From assembly GCA_016217555.1 (NCBI GenBank), contig JACRHW010000023.1, positions 64,466 through 128,465 on the forward strand: a DNA stretch of 64,000 bases, read 5' to 3'. Within the stretch, counting starts at the first letter, position 1. Every line of letters starts with the position of its first letter. A model generated the notes under the pieces. That model was not told where the DNA came from. It made no database searches and worked only from the letters and a program-made list of their open reading frames with translations. Below are positions 48,385-59,024 of the stretch, piece by piece. The DNA comes from Parcubacteria group bacterium (GTDB lineage: Bacteria > Patescibacteriota > Minisyncoccia > UBA6257 > JACRHW01). Position numbers and translations under genes: made by a program.

Positions 48385-50493
48385 TTAAGTCAACTTTAAT
48401 GATAAAATTTTCGATATTCCATCGTCTGCCATGGTGACTCCGTACAAAACGTCTGCTGCCTCCATAGTAGCGCGGTTGTGTGTAATGATAACAAATTGTG
48501 TCTTTTTGGCAAGGTCTCCCATAATCTCCTTAAACTTCACAGCATTCTGCTCATCAAGTGCCGCATCTACCTCATCAAGCACCAGGAAGGGTGGTTCACT
48601 CACTGCGACAAGTGCGCACATGAAAGCAAGAGCCACAAGAGTCCTCTCACCTCCCGAAAGCATGTCTAAACTCGTAATTTTTTTACGGGGAAGATCAATT
48701 TTGATATCTACACCCGTTATGACATTGGCAACACCCTCTTCACCTTTCGATTCTTTTGTTATGACAAGTCGCGCCTTACCCCCATCAGATAATTTTCCAA
48801 AGGCGTAGGTAAACTCCTTGTTCAACTTCTCTGTAGCTATATCGAAATCTGTTTTTATTTTATGGCTCAACTCCTCAATTAATGAACGGAGATCATCTGT
48901 TGCTTTAATCAAATCCCCCGATTGTTCGGTAAGAAACACATGTCGATCTTCTGTAGATTTGAGTTCAGCAAGTAAGGCATCATCCATCTCACCAATTGAT
49001 GAGAGTTCCCGTTTGAGGCGCGTGATCTTTTCTTCAAGGCCAAGAGCGCTCTGTGCCCCAACCATCTGTACCTCGTTACGCCGAGCAAGAAAATCGTTAA
49101 ATGACATGCCCGCCTCCTGTACTTTTTCCTTAATCTGATCAACCTGAAACCCTAATCTTTCGCGTTCCAAACGCAATCCATCCTCACGAGAACGCATCGT
49201 AAAGACCTCGCGACGTAAAACATCCACTGCGCCAATAGCATTTGAAAACGAGCGCGTACGTTCATCGTATGCAACCTCTTCATGTTCTTCCTGTTTCAGA
49301 AGCCCATCAATTTCCCCATTCAATGCTTCTATGCATTTTTCTAACTCCTTTTTTTTAATTTCATATTCTTCAAGATAGATGCCTTCCTTTGATTCCTTTT
49401 TAAAAAGAGATTTTATACGATCAACAAGCGCGCGCAAGGATTCACGAAGACGAACAATATCATTTTCGTGAAGCAACGTCTCACAGGTAGATTCAATCTC
49501 CTCTATAGTACTTCGCAATAGAGCATATCCAGGCTCACCTTCTTTTGTCTGCTCGCGAAGTTTCTTAGTAAGTTCATGTTCAAGAGCATAGAGTTTCTGT
49601 GTATAGTCTTGTCGTTCACGCTCCTTATCACGCCTTCCTTGTTTCGCCTTAAACAATGTCGTACGGTCTGTATCTACCGCTACATGTTTCAATTTCTCCT
49701 CCTCTAATGCGAGTGTGGTATTTTTTTGTGAAACGAGGGTCGCCATTGTCTGAAATGCATTCTCGCAAGTATCAAGCTCTTGAGTAATTTTGTTATAACG
49801 ATCGGAATAATGAGTGCGCACAGCACTTGCGAGCTCTATAGCAATACCCTCCCTGCGCGTATAACGCTCCGCACTACGTTTCAATGAACGAAGGTGAGGC
49901 GTAATCTCTTCAAGCAGTGTTTTTGTTTGTACTAAATTCTGTTCGGCAGAAGCCAACTTCGTAATGGTCTCGTTTTGCTTCAATTGATACTCTTTAAGCC
50001 CCACCGCCTCTTCAATAAGCTCTCTTCTCTTTTCTGGTGTTACCCGAATAAAATGATCCACCTCTCCCTGATTAACAATAGTAACTCCCTTAGTACCGAT
50101 CTTTGCGCGTGCACACATTTCGATAATATCCTTAAGACGTACCTCTTCTCGATTAAGAAAAAAACGAGAAGTACCATCGCGCTCAACACGACGACCAAGT
50201 GAAAACTCAGAAAACTCAACAGGAAACACACCGCTTGTATTATCAAAATGAAGCCATGCCTCCGCAAAGGACATAGCTGTCTTTTTGTGACTCCCAGAAA
50301 AAATAAGACTCCCCTGGTTCTCTGATCGGAGATTTTGTGCACCACGCTCCCCCAAAATCCAACGGAACGCATCAACAACATTCGACTTCCCTGATCCATT
50401 GGGGCCGACAACCGCAGTCACGCGCGCAGGAAACTCAAGCGTTGTCTTATTCGCAAATGATTTAAAACCAATAAGTTCAATGGACTTCAACAT
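48385..50493 (-). CDS. smc: SMC-like chromosome segregation ATPase, a short 702-aa form.
   Basis: N-terminal Walker A GPNGSGKSN. Long coiled coil. C-terminal signature LSGGERTLVALAFMCAL and Walker B LVLDEVDAALD. Confidence 0.7.
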   Translation of the reverse strand: MLKSIELIGFKSFANKTTLEFPARVTAVVGPNGSGKSNVVDAFRWILGERGAQNLRSENQGSLIFSGSHKKTAMSFAEAWLHFDNTSGVFPVEFSEFSLGRRVERDGTSRFFLNREEVRLKDIIEMCARAKIGTKGVTIVNQGEVDHFIRVTPEKRRELIEEAVGLKEYQLKQNETITKLASAEQNLVQTKTLLEEITPHLRSLKRSAERYTRREGIAIELASAVRTHYSDRYNKITQELDTCENAFQTMATLVSQKNTTLALEEEKLKHVAVDTDRTTLFKAKQGRRDKERERQDYTQKLYALEHELTKKLREQTKEGEPGYALLRSTIEEIESTCETLLHENDIVRLRESLRALVDRIKSLFKKESKEGIYLEEYEIKKKELEKCIEALNGEIDGLLKQEEHEEVAYDERTRSFSNAIGAVDVLRREVFTMRSREDGLRLERERLGFQVDQIKEKVQEAGMSFNDFLARRNEVQMVGAQSALGLEEKITRLKRELSSIGEMDDALLAELKSTEDRHVFLTEQSGDLIKATDDLRSLIEELSHKIKTDFDIATEKLNKEFTYAFGKLSDGGKARLVITKESKGEEGVANVITGVDIKIDLPRKKITSLDMLSGGERTLVALAFMCALVAVSEPPFLVLDEVDAALDEQNAVKFKEIMGDLAKKTQFVIITHNRATMEAADVLYGVTMADDGISKILSLKLT

Positions 50494-50600
50494 ATAAAAA
50501 TACTAATATACGAATCCATACAAACGATACGAATGGTTACGAATACGTACAATATTCGTATTGATTTGTAGTATTAGTATCATTCGTATATTGGTATGGT
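50494..50600. repeat. R1 element copy 3, immediately upstream of the smc start codon and abutting the rnc stop.
   Basis: Near-identical to copies 1 and 2. Confidence 0.9.
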
Positions 50601-51370
50601 TAATTAGTCCAGTTCTTCACGACTAACCCTTGCCTCGCCGCATTTGTCTCCGCCTCTTGTTTTGATGCCCCTTCACCTGTTGCAATAAGCTCTTCTTTGA
50701 GATACACACCCACAAGAAAACGTTTATCATGATCTGGCCCCCACTCGTTTACCACCTGATATACCGGGGTAATGGAAACACGTGCCTGCGCCTGTTCCTG
50801 AAAAACACTTTTTGGATCTCTATATTTTTGTGTGGTGAGAATAGATTCAAGTGCTGAAATAATATGACGTTCTATAAACACCTCAGCAACCTCGTACTGT
50901 TGATCCAGATAAATACCCCCGATAAGCGCTTCGAGCGCGTCGGCAAGAATATTCTTTTTTGATTTTCCTGCATTTGCCATCTCTCCGCGCGAAAGTAATA
51001 TAAAACGATCGAGCTCCAACCCCTGAGCCACCTCTGCAAGCGCATCGGTATTCACAAGTGCTGCCCGTAGACTCGTAAGCTCTCCCTCTGGTCTTTCGGG
51101 AAACTTTGAAAAAAGGAACTTGGTCACCACAAGTTCCAATACCGCATCTCCAAGAAACTCAAGACGTTCGTTGTGCGGCAGGCGCCACGAAGAGTGTTCG
51201 TTAAGATAGGAACGATGAGTGAGGGCCTCGGTAAGAAGGTCCTTGTTTTTAAACACGATATTCAATTTTTTCTCAAACCCAGTGTGATCAACCATTGCCT
51301 CTGGTATCTTGTATTTAGTAGCTAGTATCTTGTATCGATGCACCCTTGGCGGACACATACCAGATACCAA
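50600..51370 (-). CDS. rnc: Ribonuclease III.
   Basis: ERLEFLGDAVLELVV catalytic motif and a C-terminal dsRBD. Confidence 0.9.
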   Translation of the reverse strand: MVSGMCPPRVHRYKILATKYKIPEAMVDHTGFEKKLNIVFKNKDLLTEALTHRSYLNEHSSWRLPHNERLEFLGDAVLELVVTKFLFSKFPERPEGELTSLRAALVNTDALAEVAQGLELDRFILLSRGEMANAGKSKKNILADALEALIGGIYLDQQYEVAEVFIERHIISALESILTTQKYRDPKSVFQEQAQARVSITPVYQVVNEWGPDHDKRFLVGVYLKEELIATGEGASKQEAETNAARQGLVVKNWTN

Positions 51371-51400
51371 ATACTAGATACAAAAAAATAAAAAATATTC

Positions 51401-51883
51401 CTAATCCTCTTTTTGTGGTAATTCCCCTACCTCTTCGTCGAGCTTAGCGCCCTCGCCTCCCTCGAGCTCTGTCATTTGTCGAAACACAGTGCCAAGTACT
51501 CCATTTACGAACTTCCCGCTCGCACCTCCTCCGAACGTTTTACCTAATTCAATTGCCTCATTGATCGCTACATTAGAAGGCACCTCGGCTCTATCAGCAT
51601 AAAACAATTCATAAAGACCAATGCGTAACACGTTTCGATCTATTACTCCAATCTGATCAAAAGGCCACTCGGGAGCCGTTTTTGTAATTACCCCGTCGAT
51701 ATCATCGATGTGTGAAATAACCCCGTTTACAATTTTATAAACGAACTCAGGCTCATCAATACCAGGAGCAAATTCCTCCATGTTGCGCTCCACGATTTCT
51801 AGAAGGTTAGTCTTCCTACCATAAAAATCCCATTCATAAAGGGACTGTAATACTACTGTTCTCGCAAGGTGCCGTGTTGCCAT
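51401..51883 (-). CDS. nusB: Transcription antitermination factor NusB.
   Basis: ARTVVLQSLYEWDF… NusB fold signature. Start at MATRH. Confidence 0.7.
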   Translation of the reverse strand: MATRHLARTVVLQSLYEWDFYGRKTNLLEIVERNMEEFAPGIDEPEFVYKIVNGVISHIDDIDGVITKTAPEWPFDQIGVIDRNVLRIGLYELFYADRAEVPSNVAINEAIELGKTFGGGASGKFVNGVLGTVFRQMTELEGGEGAKLDEEVGELPQKED

Positions 51884-51938
51884 GCCAATGTTGTTATACG
51901 AGTGGAGGGAGTATGCACAACATTGTGCACCCCGCCCC

Positions 51939-52157
51939 CTAAGCAATAATTCGTTGTTTTAGTGCTCGCCATGCACTTCCATAATATTTAAGTTTTCGTT
52001 CTCTATCGCGTGCCTGCTTACTAGAAAGATAAGCCTCATAGTAAATTAATTTGCATACCCCAGCACTCCTGTGTTCCTGAATTCTTCGAATCAAATTATC
52101 CGTATAGCCAATATACCACTCTCCACCATTACGTTCCAATACATAGACAGAGTGCAT
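51939..52157 (-). CDS. GIY-YIG nuclease-superfamily small protein.
   Basis: HSVYVLERNGGEWYIGYTDNLIRRIQEH…YYE. Confidence 0.6.
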   Translation of the reverse strand: MHSVYVLERNGGEWYIGYTDNLIRRIQEHRSAGVCKLIYYEAYLSSKQARDRERKLKYYGSAWRALKQRIIA

Positions 52158-52211
52158 AGGGGGTGGGGTAGAGGTTCGGCAATTCCTCACCATGCTCGGA
52201 AGCCGATTCCT

Positions 52212-52415
52212 CTATTTCTTTTTTTCTACTAATTTCGCTATCCTAGGCTTCACCTCTTTCCCCTTATAATACCCACAGTTTGCACAATAGTGATGAGGTT
52301 TAACTGCAGTTCCACACTCCTTACAGACAATTAAATTCTGCGCAACAAGTGCGAGATGAGAACGTCTACGACCTACCTTTGATTTCGAATGATGTTTCGT
52401 TGGTACTCCTGCCAT
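52212..52415 (-). CDS. rpmF: 50S ribosomal protein L32.
   Basis: …RRRSHLAL…CKECGTAVKPHHYCANCGYYKGKE. Confidence 0.8.
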   Translation of the reverse strand: MAGVPTKHHSKSKVGRRRSHLALVAQNLIVCKECGTAVKPHHYCANCGYYKGKEVKPRIAKLVEKKK

Positions 52416-52498
52416 ATGTTTGGGAATTAGTTATACGTAGATACTACCTTACTTTCTCACGAACGTCAAACAAAAAATCCCCTGTGTTGGGGACTCTG

Positions 52499-52990
52499 CT
52501 ATTTTCTACTACTCAAAAGTCTTATCGGGAGACGAAGCCATGCGGCAGTTTCCCATATAACATTGCTGGATCCTGCTGAGACGCCGACCATCCTAATACT
52601 AATAGGGTGCTTGAGCCTCCTCGCAAAGAGACACCAGAGAAAAAAGCAACGTGGAAGATGAAGATACGAAGAGACAATAACCACCTCATTAATCTCCTTT
52701 TTATCCTCAAGCCATCTTACTGCATCTTTAATTTCACCCAACGTATTATATTCAGTCATACCCGATACCTGCACTGCAGATTCAGGAATACCAAGATTCA
52801 CCATACCTCGTTTCATAATGTGAGCGGCAGTAGTGCCTTTGTGTTGCTGATGTTCGCCAGCAGTCAAAATGACAACAGACTGTTCTAAGTCTTCCTTATA
52901 AACACGGATAGCCGCCTCACAACGAAAAGCAGTAACAGGCCCCACATTGTATCCCCAAAAATCTCCGCCCAAAACATGAATTGCACGCAA
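52499..52990 (-). CDS. DUF218/YdcF-like protein.
   Basis: 163-aa ORF. The resemblance to the DUF218 family is weak. Confidence 0.35.
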   Translation of the reverse strand: MRAIHVLGGDFWGYNVGPVTAFRCEAAIRVYKEDLEQSVVILTAGEHQQHKGTTAAHIMKRGMVNLGIPESAVQVSGMTEYNTLGEIKDAVRWLEDKKEINEVVIVSSYLHLPRCFFLWCLFARRLKHPISIRMVGVSAGSSNVIWETAAWLRLPIRLLSSRK

Positions 52991-53015
52991 CTCAGATCAC
53001 CTCCTTCCTAAAAAC

Positions 53016-53201
53016 TCAATTAATAGCACCGCAATCCTGACAATAATAATACCCATCCCAATTACCAGTAATAACATTGGGATGTTTGCACTCATCCATA
53101 AGATTATTTAGTTCGATCGCGAGGCTATTAAGCTTTTCCGCGAGGTCGCTTTGAGCAGCTCTAATTTCTTGCGCCCTCTTTTGGATCTCCTCCTGTGTCA
53201 T
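53016..53201 (-). CDS. Small hypothetical protein (61 aa) with a C-terminal CxxC.
   Basis: Short ORF with a coiled-coil N-terminus. Confidence 0.3.
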   Translation of the reverse strand: MTQEEIQKRAQEIRAAQSDLAEKLNSLAIELNNLMDECKHPNVITGNWDGYYYCQDCGAIN

Positions 53202-53239
53202 TTTCGTCTCTCCTTTCTTGGTTTCAAAGAACCATCTAT

Positions 53240-53878
53240 CTATACCATATTTTTAAGAAACGTCAAACGATGAGAAGGTGTTCTTCCGATACCCTGAATT
53301 GCCTTAATGTGCATCTTTGTTCCATACCCCTTATTTTGCTCCCAGCCGTAGTGAGGATACTTTTTTGCGAAACGTACCATGAGAGCGTCGCGAATACATT
53401 TTGCAATTACTGAAGCGAGTGCGATTGCGAACACACGGCTGTCTCCCTTTATAAATGTCGCTTGTTTTTCTTTCTCTAGTTTTGGTACAAAGAGTCCACC
53501 ATCGCAGGTTACAAAAAAAGAATCAAATCCTTGTATGGTATATTTTTTAATCAGCGCATCACACCCACGTATCCCCGCCCAATAGATATTATATTTATCA
53601 ATTTCTTTTGGTGACGCTTTGTAAACGATGTAAGGAATATCGAGTTCAACTACCTGTTTAAAAATCGCCTCTCTTTTTTTCTGTGATAGTTGTTTTGAGT
53701 CGTTTACTCCTTTAATTTTTCTAAGTGCCTTTTCGTCCCCCTTTCGCAAAATCGTCGCCACCAAAACCATCGGCCCTGCCAAGCTTCCACGTCCCACCTC
53801 ATCGATACCTATTACAGCATCATAGCTCTTACGCCACAAGCTTTTTTCGAGTTTTAAATCCATGCTATGATAAATCAA
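53240..53878 (-). CDS. rnhB: Ribonuclease HII.
   Basis: GIDEVGRGSLAGPMVLVATIL. Confidence 0.85.
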   Translation of the reverse strand: MIYHSMDLKLEKSLWRKSYDAVIGIDEVGRGSLAGPMVLVATILRKGDEKALRKIKGVNDSKQLSQKKREAIFKQVVELDIPYIVYKASPKEIDKYNIYWAGIRGCDALIKKYTIQGFDSFFVTCDGGLFVPKLEKEKQATFIKGDSRVFAIALASVIAKCIRDALMVRFAKKYPHYGWEQNKGYGTKMHIKAIQGIGRTPSHRLTFLKNMV

Positions 53879-53985
53879 AAGTCAAAACGCAAAACTTCAA
53901 CGCAAAACGTAAAACTAACGCCATTTGTTAAAAAGTTTTGATTTTTGGTTTGTAATTTTGATTTTTGCATTTTAAGTTTTAATTT
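53879..53985. repeat. R4 element copy 2 in the divergent rnhB/dnaE intergenic region.
   Basis: Shares the CAAAACGCAAAAC…TTTTGCATTTTAAGTTTT palindrome with 21412..21494. Confidence 0.8.
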
Positions 53986-53986
53986 T

Positions 53987-56900
53987 ATGCGTTTTACCCA
54001 CCTTCATGTTCATAGCCATTATAGCCTTCTCGACGGACTTGCAAAGATAGATGGACTCATAAAAAAGGCAAAAGAATTTGGCATGGAAAGTATTGCACTC
54101 ACCGATCATGGCAACATGTATGGGGCAATTGAATTTTATAAAAAAGCAAAAGCGGCAGATATCAAACCCATCATCGGCGTTGAAGCATACATCGCAAACG
54201 GAAGTATGCACAGTAAGCAACCAGGGGTTGACGATAAACGCTATCATCTTACGCTCCTGGCAGAAAACGCTACAGGCTATAAAAATCTGGTTCGACTTGT
54301 AACAAAGGCAAACCTTGAGGGATTTTATTACAAACCACGCCTCGATAAGGCAACGCTCAAAGAATTTCACGAAGGTATCATTGCCTTATCGGGTTGTTTG
54401 GGTGGGGAAATTTCACGCGCCATTACAGGAAAACGCCTTGATGATGCAGAACGACTTATCTACGAATACCAAGACGTATTTGGAAAAGATAATTTTTATT
54501 TAGAGCTTGGTGTTCTCGTCGATCTCCCCGAACAAAAAATAGTAAATGATGCCCTATGCCTCCTCTCGAAAAAGACAGGAGCAAAAATTGTCGCAACGGG
54601 AGACATTCACTACATTCACAAAGATGATCGCGAGGCACAAGATATCCTCGTCTCCGTACAAACAGGAAGCCAGGTACAGGACGATAATCGCTTTACCATG
54701 AAAGACATGGATCTCTCCGTACGATCTCCCGAACAAATGACAGAGTTGTTCAAGGACCATCCCGAAGCAATCTCAAACACACAAGAAATTAGTGATCGCG
54801 TAAATATTGAGCTTGATCTTGGTAAGTGGACCTTCCCTGATTTTAAAATTCCAGAACAGGCTACCTATAATAATGAGCTCGAACGCCTCACCTATGAAGG
54901 TATTGAAAAACGAAAACTGGAACGCACTGAAGAGGTAGAAAAACGTATCGCCTACGAACTTGATGTTATCCAAACAAGGGGTTATTCACCCTACTTTCTT
55001 GTTGTTGCTGATCTTCTTCACTACGCACATGATCATGGGATACTCACCACGATTAGAGGTTCAGTCGCCGGATCACTCGTCACCTATCTTACAGGAATCA
55101 CTAACATCAATCCTCTAGAATATAAACTCCCCTTTGAGCGCTTCTTGAACAAAGAACGTCCGCAACCACCCGATATCGACATGGATTATGCTGACAACAG
55201 ACGCGATGAGGTAATCCACTATGCAAAGGAAAAATATGGAGAACACAATGTGGCGCAGATCGGTACCTTTGGAACCATGATGGCACGTGCCGCAGTACGC
55301 GATGTTGCGCGTGCGCTTGGATACCCCTATGCACTAGGTGATAAAATTGCAAAATTTATTCCCCTTGGATCTCAGGGCTTTCCTATGACTATTGAACAAG
55401 CTCTCACCCTCTCCCCCGAACTTCAAGAACTTCACGATAAGGACGAGGATGCAAAACGCGTTATCACCCAAGCAAAAAAACTTGAAGGGTGTGTACGTCA
55501 TATTTCTGTCCACGCGGCAGGAGTCGTTATCTCACCCAAACCTCTTTGGGAGTACACTCCACTCCAGCTCGATCCTAAGGGGGGGAAAATTATTACCCAA
55601 TATGACATGCACGCCGTCGAAGATGCTGGTCTTTTAAAATTTGATTTTCTTGGAATTCGAAACTTGGCAATTTTGGGAGATGCTATCCGTCTTGTGCAAC
55701 TCTATCGTGGAATTACAGTTGATATCCAAAACATTCCTCTTGATGATAAAAAAACATTTGAACTTCTCGCACATGGAGAAACAATGGGGCTCTTCCAACT
55801 TAATGGTTCTGGTATGACAAAATATCTCAAAGACCTCCGCCCCTCGACCATCCATGACATTAACGCAATGGTAGCCCTCTACCGCCCTGGCCCTATCGAA
55901 TCCATCCCGATGTATATAGAACGAAAACACAACCCACGCCTCGTCTCTTACCTCGATCCCCGCATGGAGGAAATTCTCGACCAATCTTACGGTGTTATCA
56001 CCTATCAGGATGACGTCATGCTTATCGCTATCAAACTTGCAGGCTATTCATGGCTCGAAGCAGATAAGCTAAGAAAAGCTATGGGTAAAAAAATCCCCAA
56101 AGAGATGGCGGCCCAAAAAGATAAGCTTATTAAGGGGTTGACCTCGCATGGCATGCCAGAGGAGAAGGCGCTTACCATTTGGCAACTCATCGAACCCTTT
56201 GCCGCGTATGGGTTTAACAAGGCCCACGCCGCAAGTTATGGATTTGTTGCCTATCAAACCGCCTATATGAAGGCAAACTATCCTGGAGAATATATGACCG
56301 CCGTGCTTACTGCTGAATCAGGAGACACCGAAGAAATTGCAAAAATTATTGCAGAGTGTATACGCATGAAAATCCCCGTCCTTCCTCCCGATATAAACGA
56401 AAGCATTGGCAACTTCGCTGTGATCAAAAACAAAGAGGGGGGAAATGACACTATTCGCTTTGGTCTCTCAGCGGTCAAAAACGTAGGAGCAAATATTATT
56501 GAAGCAATCGTTGAAGAGAGATCTGCACATGGCCCCTTTAAAAATGTCGAAGATGTCTTGCGACGTATCCACCACAAAGACCTCAATAAAAAATCACTTG
56601 AATCCCTTATCAAAGTAGGAGCATTCGATAATTTTGAAAAACGAAGTGTACTTCTTGAATCTCTCGATAACCTGCTCGCCTACGCCTCAGAAATGAAGAA
56701 AGAAAATAATAGCCCCCAAGCATCCCTCTTTTCATCCGACTATGTACCAAGGCTACGATTCAAAGATGCCCCGCCACTCCCTAAGGCACAAGAACTCGCC
56801 TATGAGAAAGAACTTCTTGGTCTCTATATCTCAGGACATCCCCTCGATATACACAAAGAACGTCTTGAAAAATCAAATTTCAAAACACTCCAAAGTGTTG

Positions 56901-57163
56901 AAGATGAAATAGAAGGTACCTCAGTAAAAAATGCCGGCATCGTCTCCACCATCAAAAAAATTCTAACGAAAAAAGGAGAAACGATGCTCTTTGTGGAAAT
57001 GGAAGACTATACCATGAAAAGAGAACTTATCGTCTTTCCTAAATTACTTGCAAAAACAAAGAACGTATGGCAAAAAGACAACATACTTATGTTTCTCGCA
57101 AAAGTTGACCGGAGAAATGGCGAATTAAAACTTCTCTGTGAAGACGCAAAACTAATGCTGTAG
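53987..57163 (+). CDS. dnaE: DNA polymerase III alpha subunit.
   Basis: PHP domain MRFTHLHVHSHYSLLDG, the polymerase core and an OB domain. Start set at ATG 53987. Confidence 0.9.
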   Translation: MRFTHLHVHSHYSLLDGLAKIDGLIKKAKEFGMESIALTDHGNMYGAIEFYKKAKAADIKPIIGVEAYIANGSMHSKQPGVDDKRYHLTLLAENATGYKNLVRLVTKANLEGFYYKPRLDKATLKEFHEGIIALSGCLGGEISRAITGKRLDDAERLIYEYQDVFGKDNFYLELGVLVDLPEQKIVNDALCLLSKKTGAKIVATGDIHYIHKDDREAQDILVSVQTGSQVQDDNRFTMKDMDLSVRSPEQMTELFKDHPEAISNTQEISDRVNIELDLGKWTFPDFKIPEQATYNNELERLTYEGIEKRKLERTEEVEKRIAYELDVIQTRGYSPYFLVVADLLHYAHDHGILTTIRGSVAGSLVTYLTGITNINPLEYKLPFERFLNKERPQPPDIDMDYADNRRDEVIHYAKEKYGEHNVAQIGTFGTMMARAAVRDVARALGYPYALGDKIAKFIPLGSQGFPMTIEQALTLSPELQELHDKDEDAKRVITQAKKLEGCVRHISVHAAGVVISPKPLWEYTPLQLDPKGGKIITQYDMHAVEDAGLLKFDFLGIRNLAILGDAIRLVQLYRGITVDIQNIPLDDKKTFELLAHGETMGLFQLNGSGMTKYLKDLRPSTIHDINAMVALYRPGPIESIPMYIERKHNPRLVSYLDPRMEEILDQSYGVITYQDDVMLIAIKLAGYSWLEADKLRKAMGKKIPKEMAAQKDKLIKGLTSHGMPEEKALTIWQLIEPFAAYGFNKAHAASYGFVAYQTAYMKANYPGEYMTAVLTAESGDTEEIAKIIAECIRMKIPVLPPDINESIGNFAVIKNKEGGNDTIRFGLSAVKNVGANIIEAIVEERSAHGPFKNVEDVLRRIHHKDLNKKSLESLIKVGAFDNFEKRSVLLESLDNLLAYASEMKKENNSPQASLFSSDYVPRLRFKDAPPLPKAQELAYEKELLGLYISGHPLDIHKERLEKSNFKTLQSVEDEIEGTSVKNAGIVSTIKKILTKKGETMLFVEMEDYTMKRELIVFPKLLAKTKNVWQKDNILMFLAKVDRRNGELKLLCEDAKLML

Positions 57164-57262
57164 CTTGTATTGTGTATCTCGTATCTTGTATTACCCTCGC
57201 GACGCCTTGTTCCGTAATACAAAATACAGGATACTAAATACCAGATACAAAAAACTTATACT

Positions 57263-59020
57263 ATGAAAACTAATACAGGAAAAGAAAAAAATATCGATAA
57301 CATACGACATTCGTTGGCTCATCTTCTTGCGGCCGCAGTACTCAAGAAATTTCCTGATGCAAAACTTGGTATTGGCCCAACCATAGAAAATGGCTTTTAT
57401 TACGACTTTCTTCTTCCTCAAGGGCTTACCCAGGAAGATCTCAAAGAATTTGAAAAAGAAATACGTAGAATGGCTCGTATGAATCTTGCTTTCAAAGGAG
57501 AAAAAGTAGAATCCGATGAGGCAAAAAAACGATTTAAAAAACAAACCTTCAAACTCGACCTTATTAAAGAATTTTCAAAAGAAGGAAAGCAACTCACTAT
57601 CTACCACACAGGAGATGCCTTTTCTGACCTCTGTCGCGGAGGCCATGTGAAAAATACTCGTGAGATTGATCCCGAAAGTTTTACTCTCACTAAAATCGCA
57701 GGCGCCTACTGGAGGGGTGATGCAAAAAGCCAACAACTCCAACGTGTTTATGGTCTTGCCTTCGAAACAAAAGCAGAACTCGATGCACACCTCCACATGC
57801 TTAGTGAGGCAGAACGTCGCGACCACAAAAAACTTGGACCCCAGCTTGATCTCTTTACCTTTTCAGATCTTGTAGGAAGCGGCCTCCCCCTCTTTACTCC
57901 ACGCGGTACTGTGATACGAGAAGAACTCGAAAACTTTGTACAATCACTCCAAGTCCCCATGGGCTACGATCGCGTACGCATCCCCCACATTACCAAAAAA
58001 GATCTTTATGAAACATCAGGGCATTGGCAGAAATTTAAAGACGAACTCTTTAAAGTGTCTTCGCGTGAGGGCCATGAGTTTGCCCTAAAACCAATGAACT
58101 GCCCACACCACACACAAATCTACGCCTCACGACAAAGAACATATAGAGAACTCCCTATCCGCTATTCAGAGGTCACGGCCGTCTATCGCGATGAACAATC
58201 AGGTGAACTCGGAGGCCTCTCACGTGTTCGCATGATTACACAAGACGATGCACATATCTTTTGCCGTATAAATCACATCGAAGAAGAGGCACTAAAAGTA
58301 TGGGACATTATTGATACCTTCTATAAACCATTTGGTATGCCACTTACCGTCCGCTTCTCACGTCATGATCCTAAGAAATTCGAAAAATACTTAGGGACCC
58401 CATCTATTTGGAAAAAGGCAGAGACACAGCTTAAAGCAGTTATTAAAAAACGAAATGTTGAATATATCGATGGCTTGGGTGAAGCCGCAATGTATGGCCC
58501 CAAAATAGACTTCATTGCAAAAGATTCTCTTGGTCGTGATTGGCAGCTTGCAACTATTCAATTAGATTTTAATCTTCCTGAACGATTCAATCTTTCTTGT
58601 ATAAATGAAAAAGGTAAAGACGAACGTATCGTAATGGTGCACCGTGCAGTCCTTGGCTCCGTGGAACGCTTCATGGCAGTTCTTATCGAACACTATGCCG
58701 GCGCCTTTCCCGTATGGCTCGCACCAGTACAAGTCGCCCTTCTCCCCATAAGCGAAAAACATGCAGAATATGTAAAAGATATTGCTACGAAACTAAGACA
58801 ACATGGCGTTCGTGTCTCTCTTGCGGATAGTAACGACACGCTTGGAAAACGCATCCGCGAAACTGAACAACAAAAAATCCCCTACCTGCTCGTGGTGGGA
58901 GATAAAGAAATCGAATCAAAATCCGTCGCAGTAAGAAAACACGGCAAGGGTGACGAAGGAGCACTCTCCCTCGACATCTTCACCACCCGCCTCCTCGAAG
59001 AAATCAAAGAAAAAAAATAA
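57263..59020 (+). CDS. thrS: Threonyl-tRNA synthetase, catalytic plus anticodon-binding domains and no N-terminal TGS/editing region.
   Basis: Class II motifs (…FRDEQSGELGGLSRVRMITQDDAHIF…; HRAVLGSVERF). Confidence 0.85.
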   Translation: MKTNTGKEKNIDNIRHSLAHLLAAAVLKKFPDAKLGIGPTIENGFYYDFLLPQGLTQEDLKEFEKEIRRMARMNLAFKGEKVESDEAKKRFKKQTFKLDLIKEFSKEGKQLTIYHTGDAFSDLCRGGHVKNTREIDPESFTLTKIAGAYWRGDAKSQQLQRVYGLAFETKAELDAHLHMLSEAERRDHKKLGPQLDLFTFSDLVGSGLPLFTPRGTVIREELENFVQSLQVPMGYDRVRIPHITKKDLYETSGHWQKFKDELFKVSSREGHEFALKPMNCPHHTQIYASRQRTYRELPIRYSEVTAVYRDEQSGELGGLSRVRMITQDDAHIFCRINHIEEEALKVWDIIDTFYKPFGMPLTVRFSRHDPKKFEKYLGTPSIWKKAETQLKAVIKKRNVEYIDGLGEAAMYGPKIDFIAKDSLGRDWQLATIQLDFNLPERFNLSCINEKGKDERIVMVHRAVLGSVERFMAVLIEHYAGAFPVWLAPVQVALLPISEKHAEYVKDIATKLRQHGVRVSLADSNDTLGKRIRETEQQKIPYLLVVGDKEIESKSVAVRKHGKGDEGALSLDIFTTRLLEEIKEKK

Positions 59021-59024
59021 TATT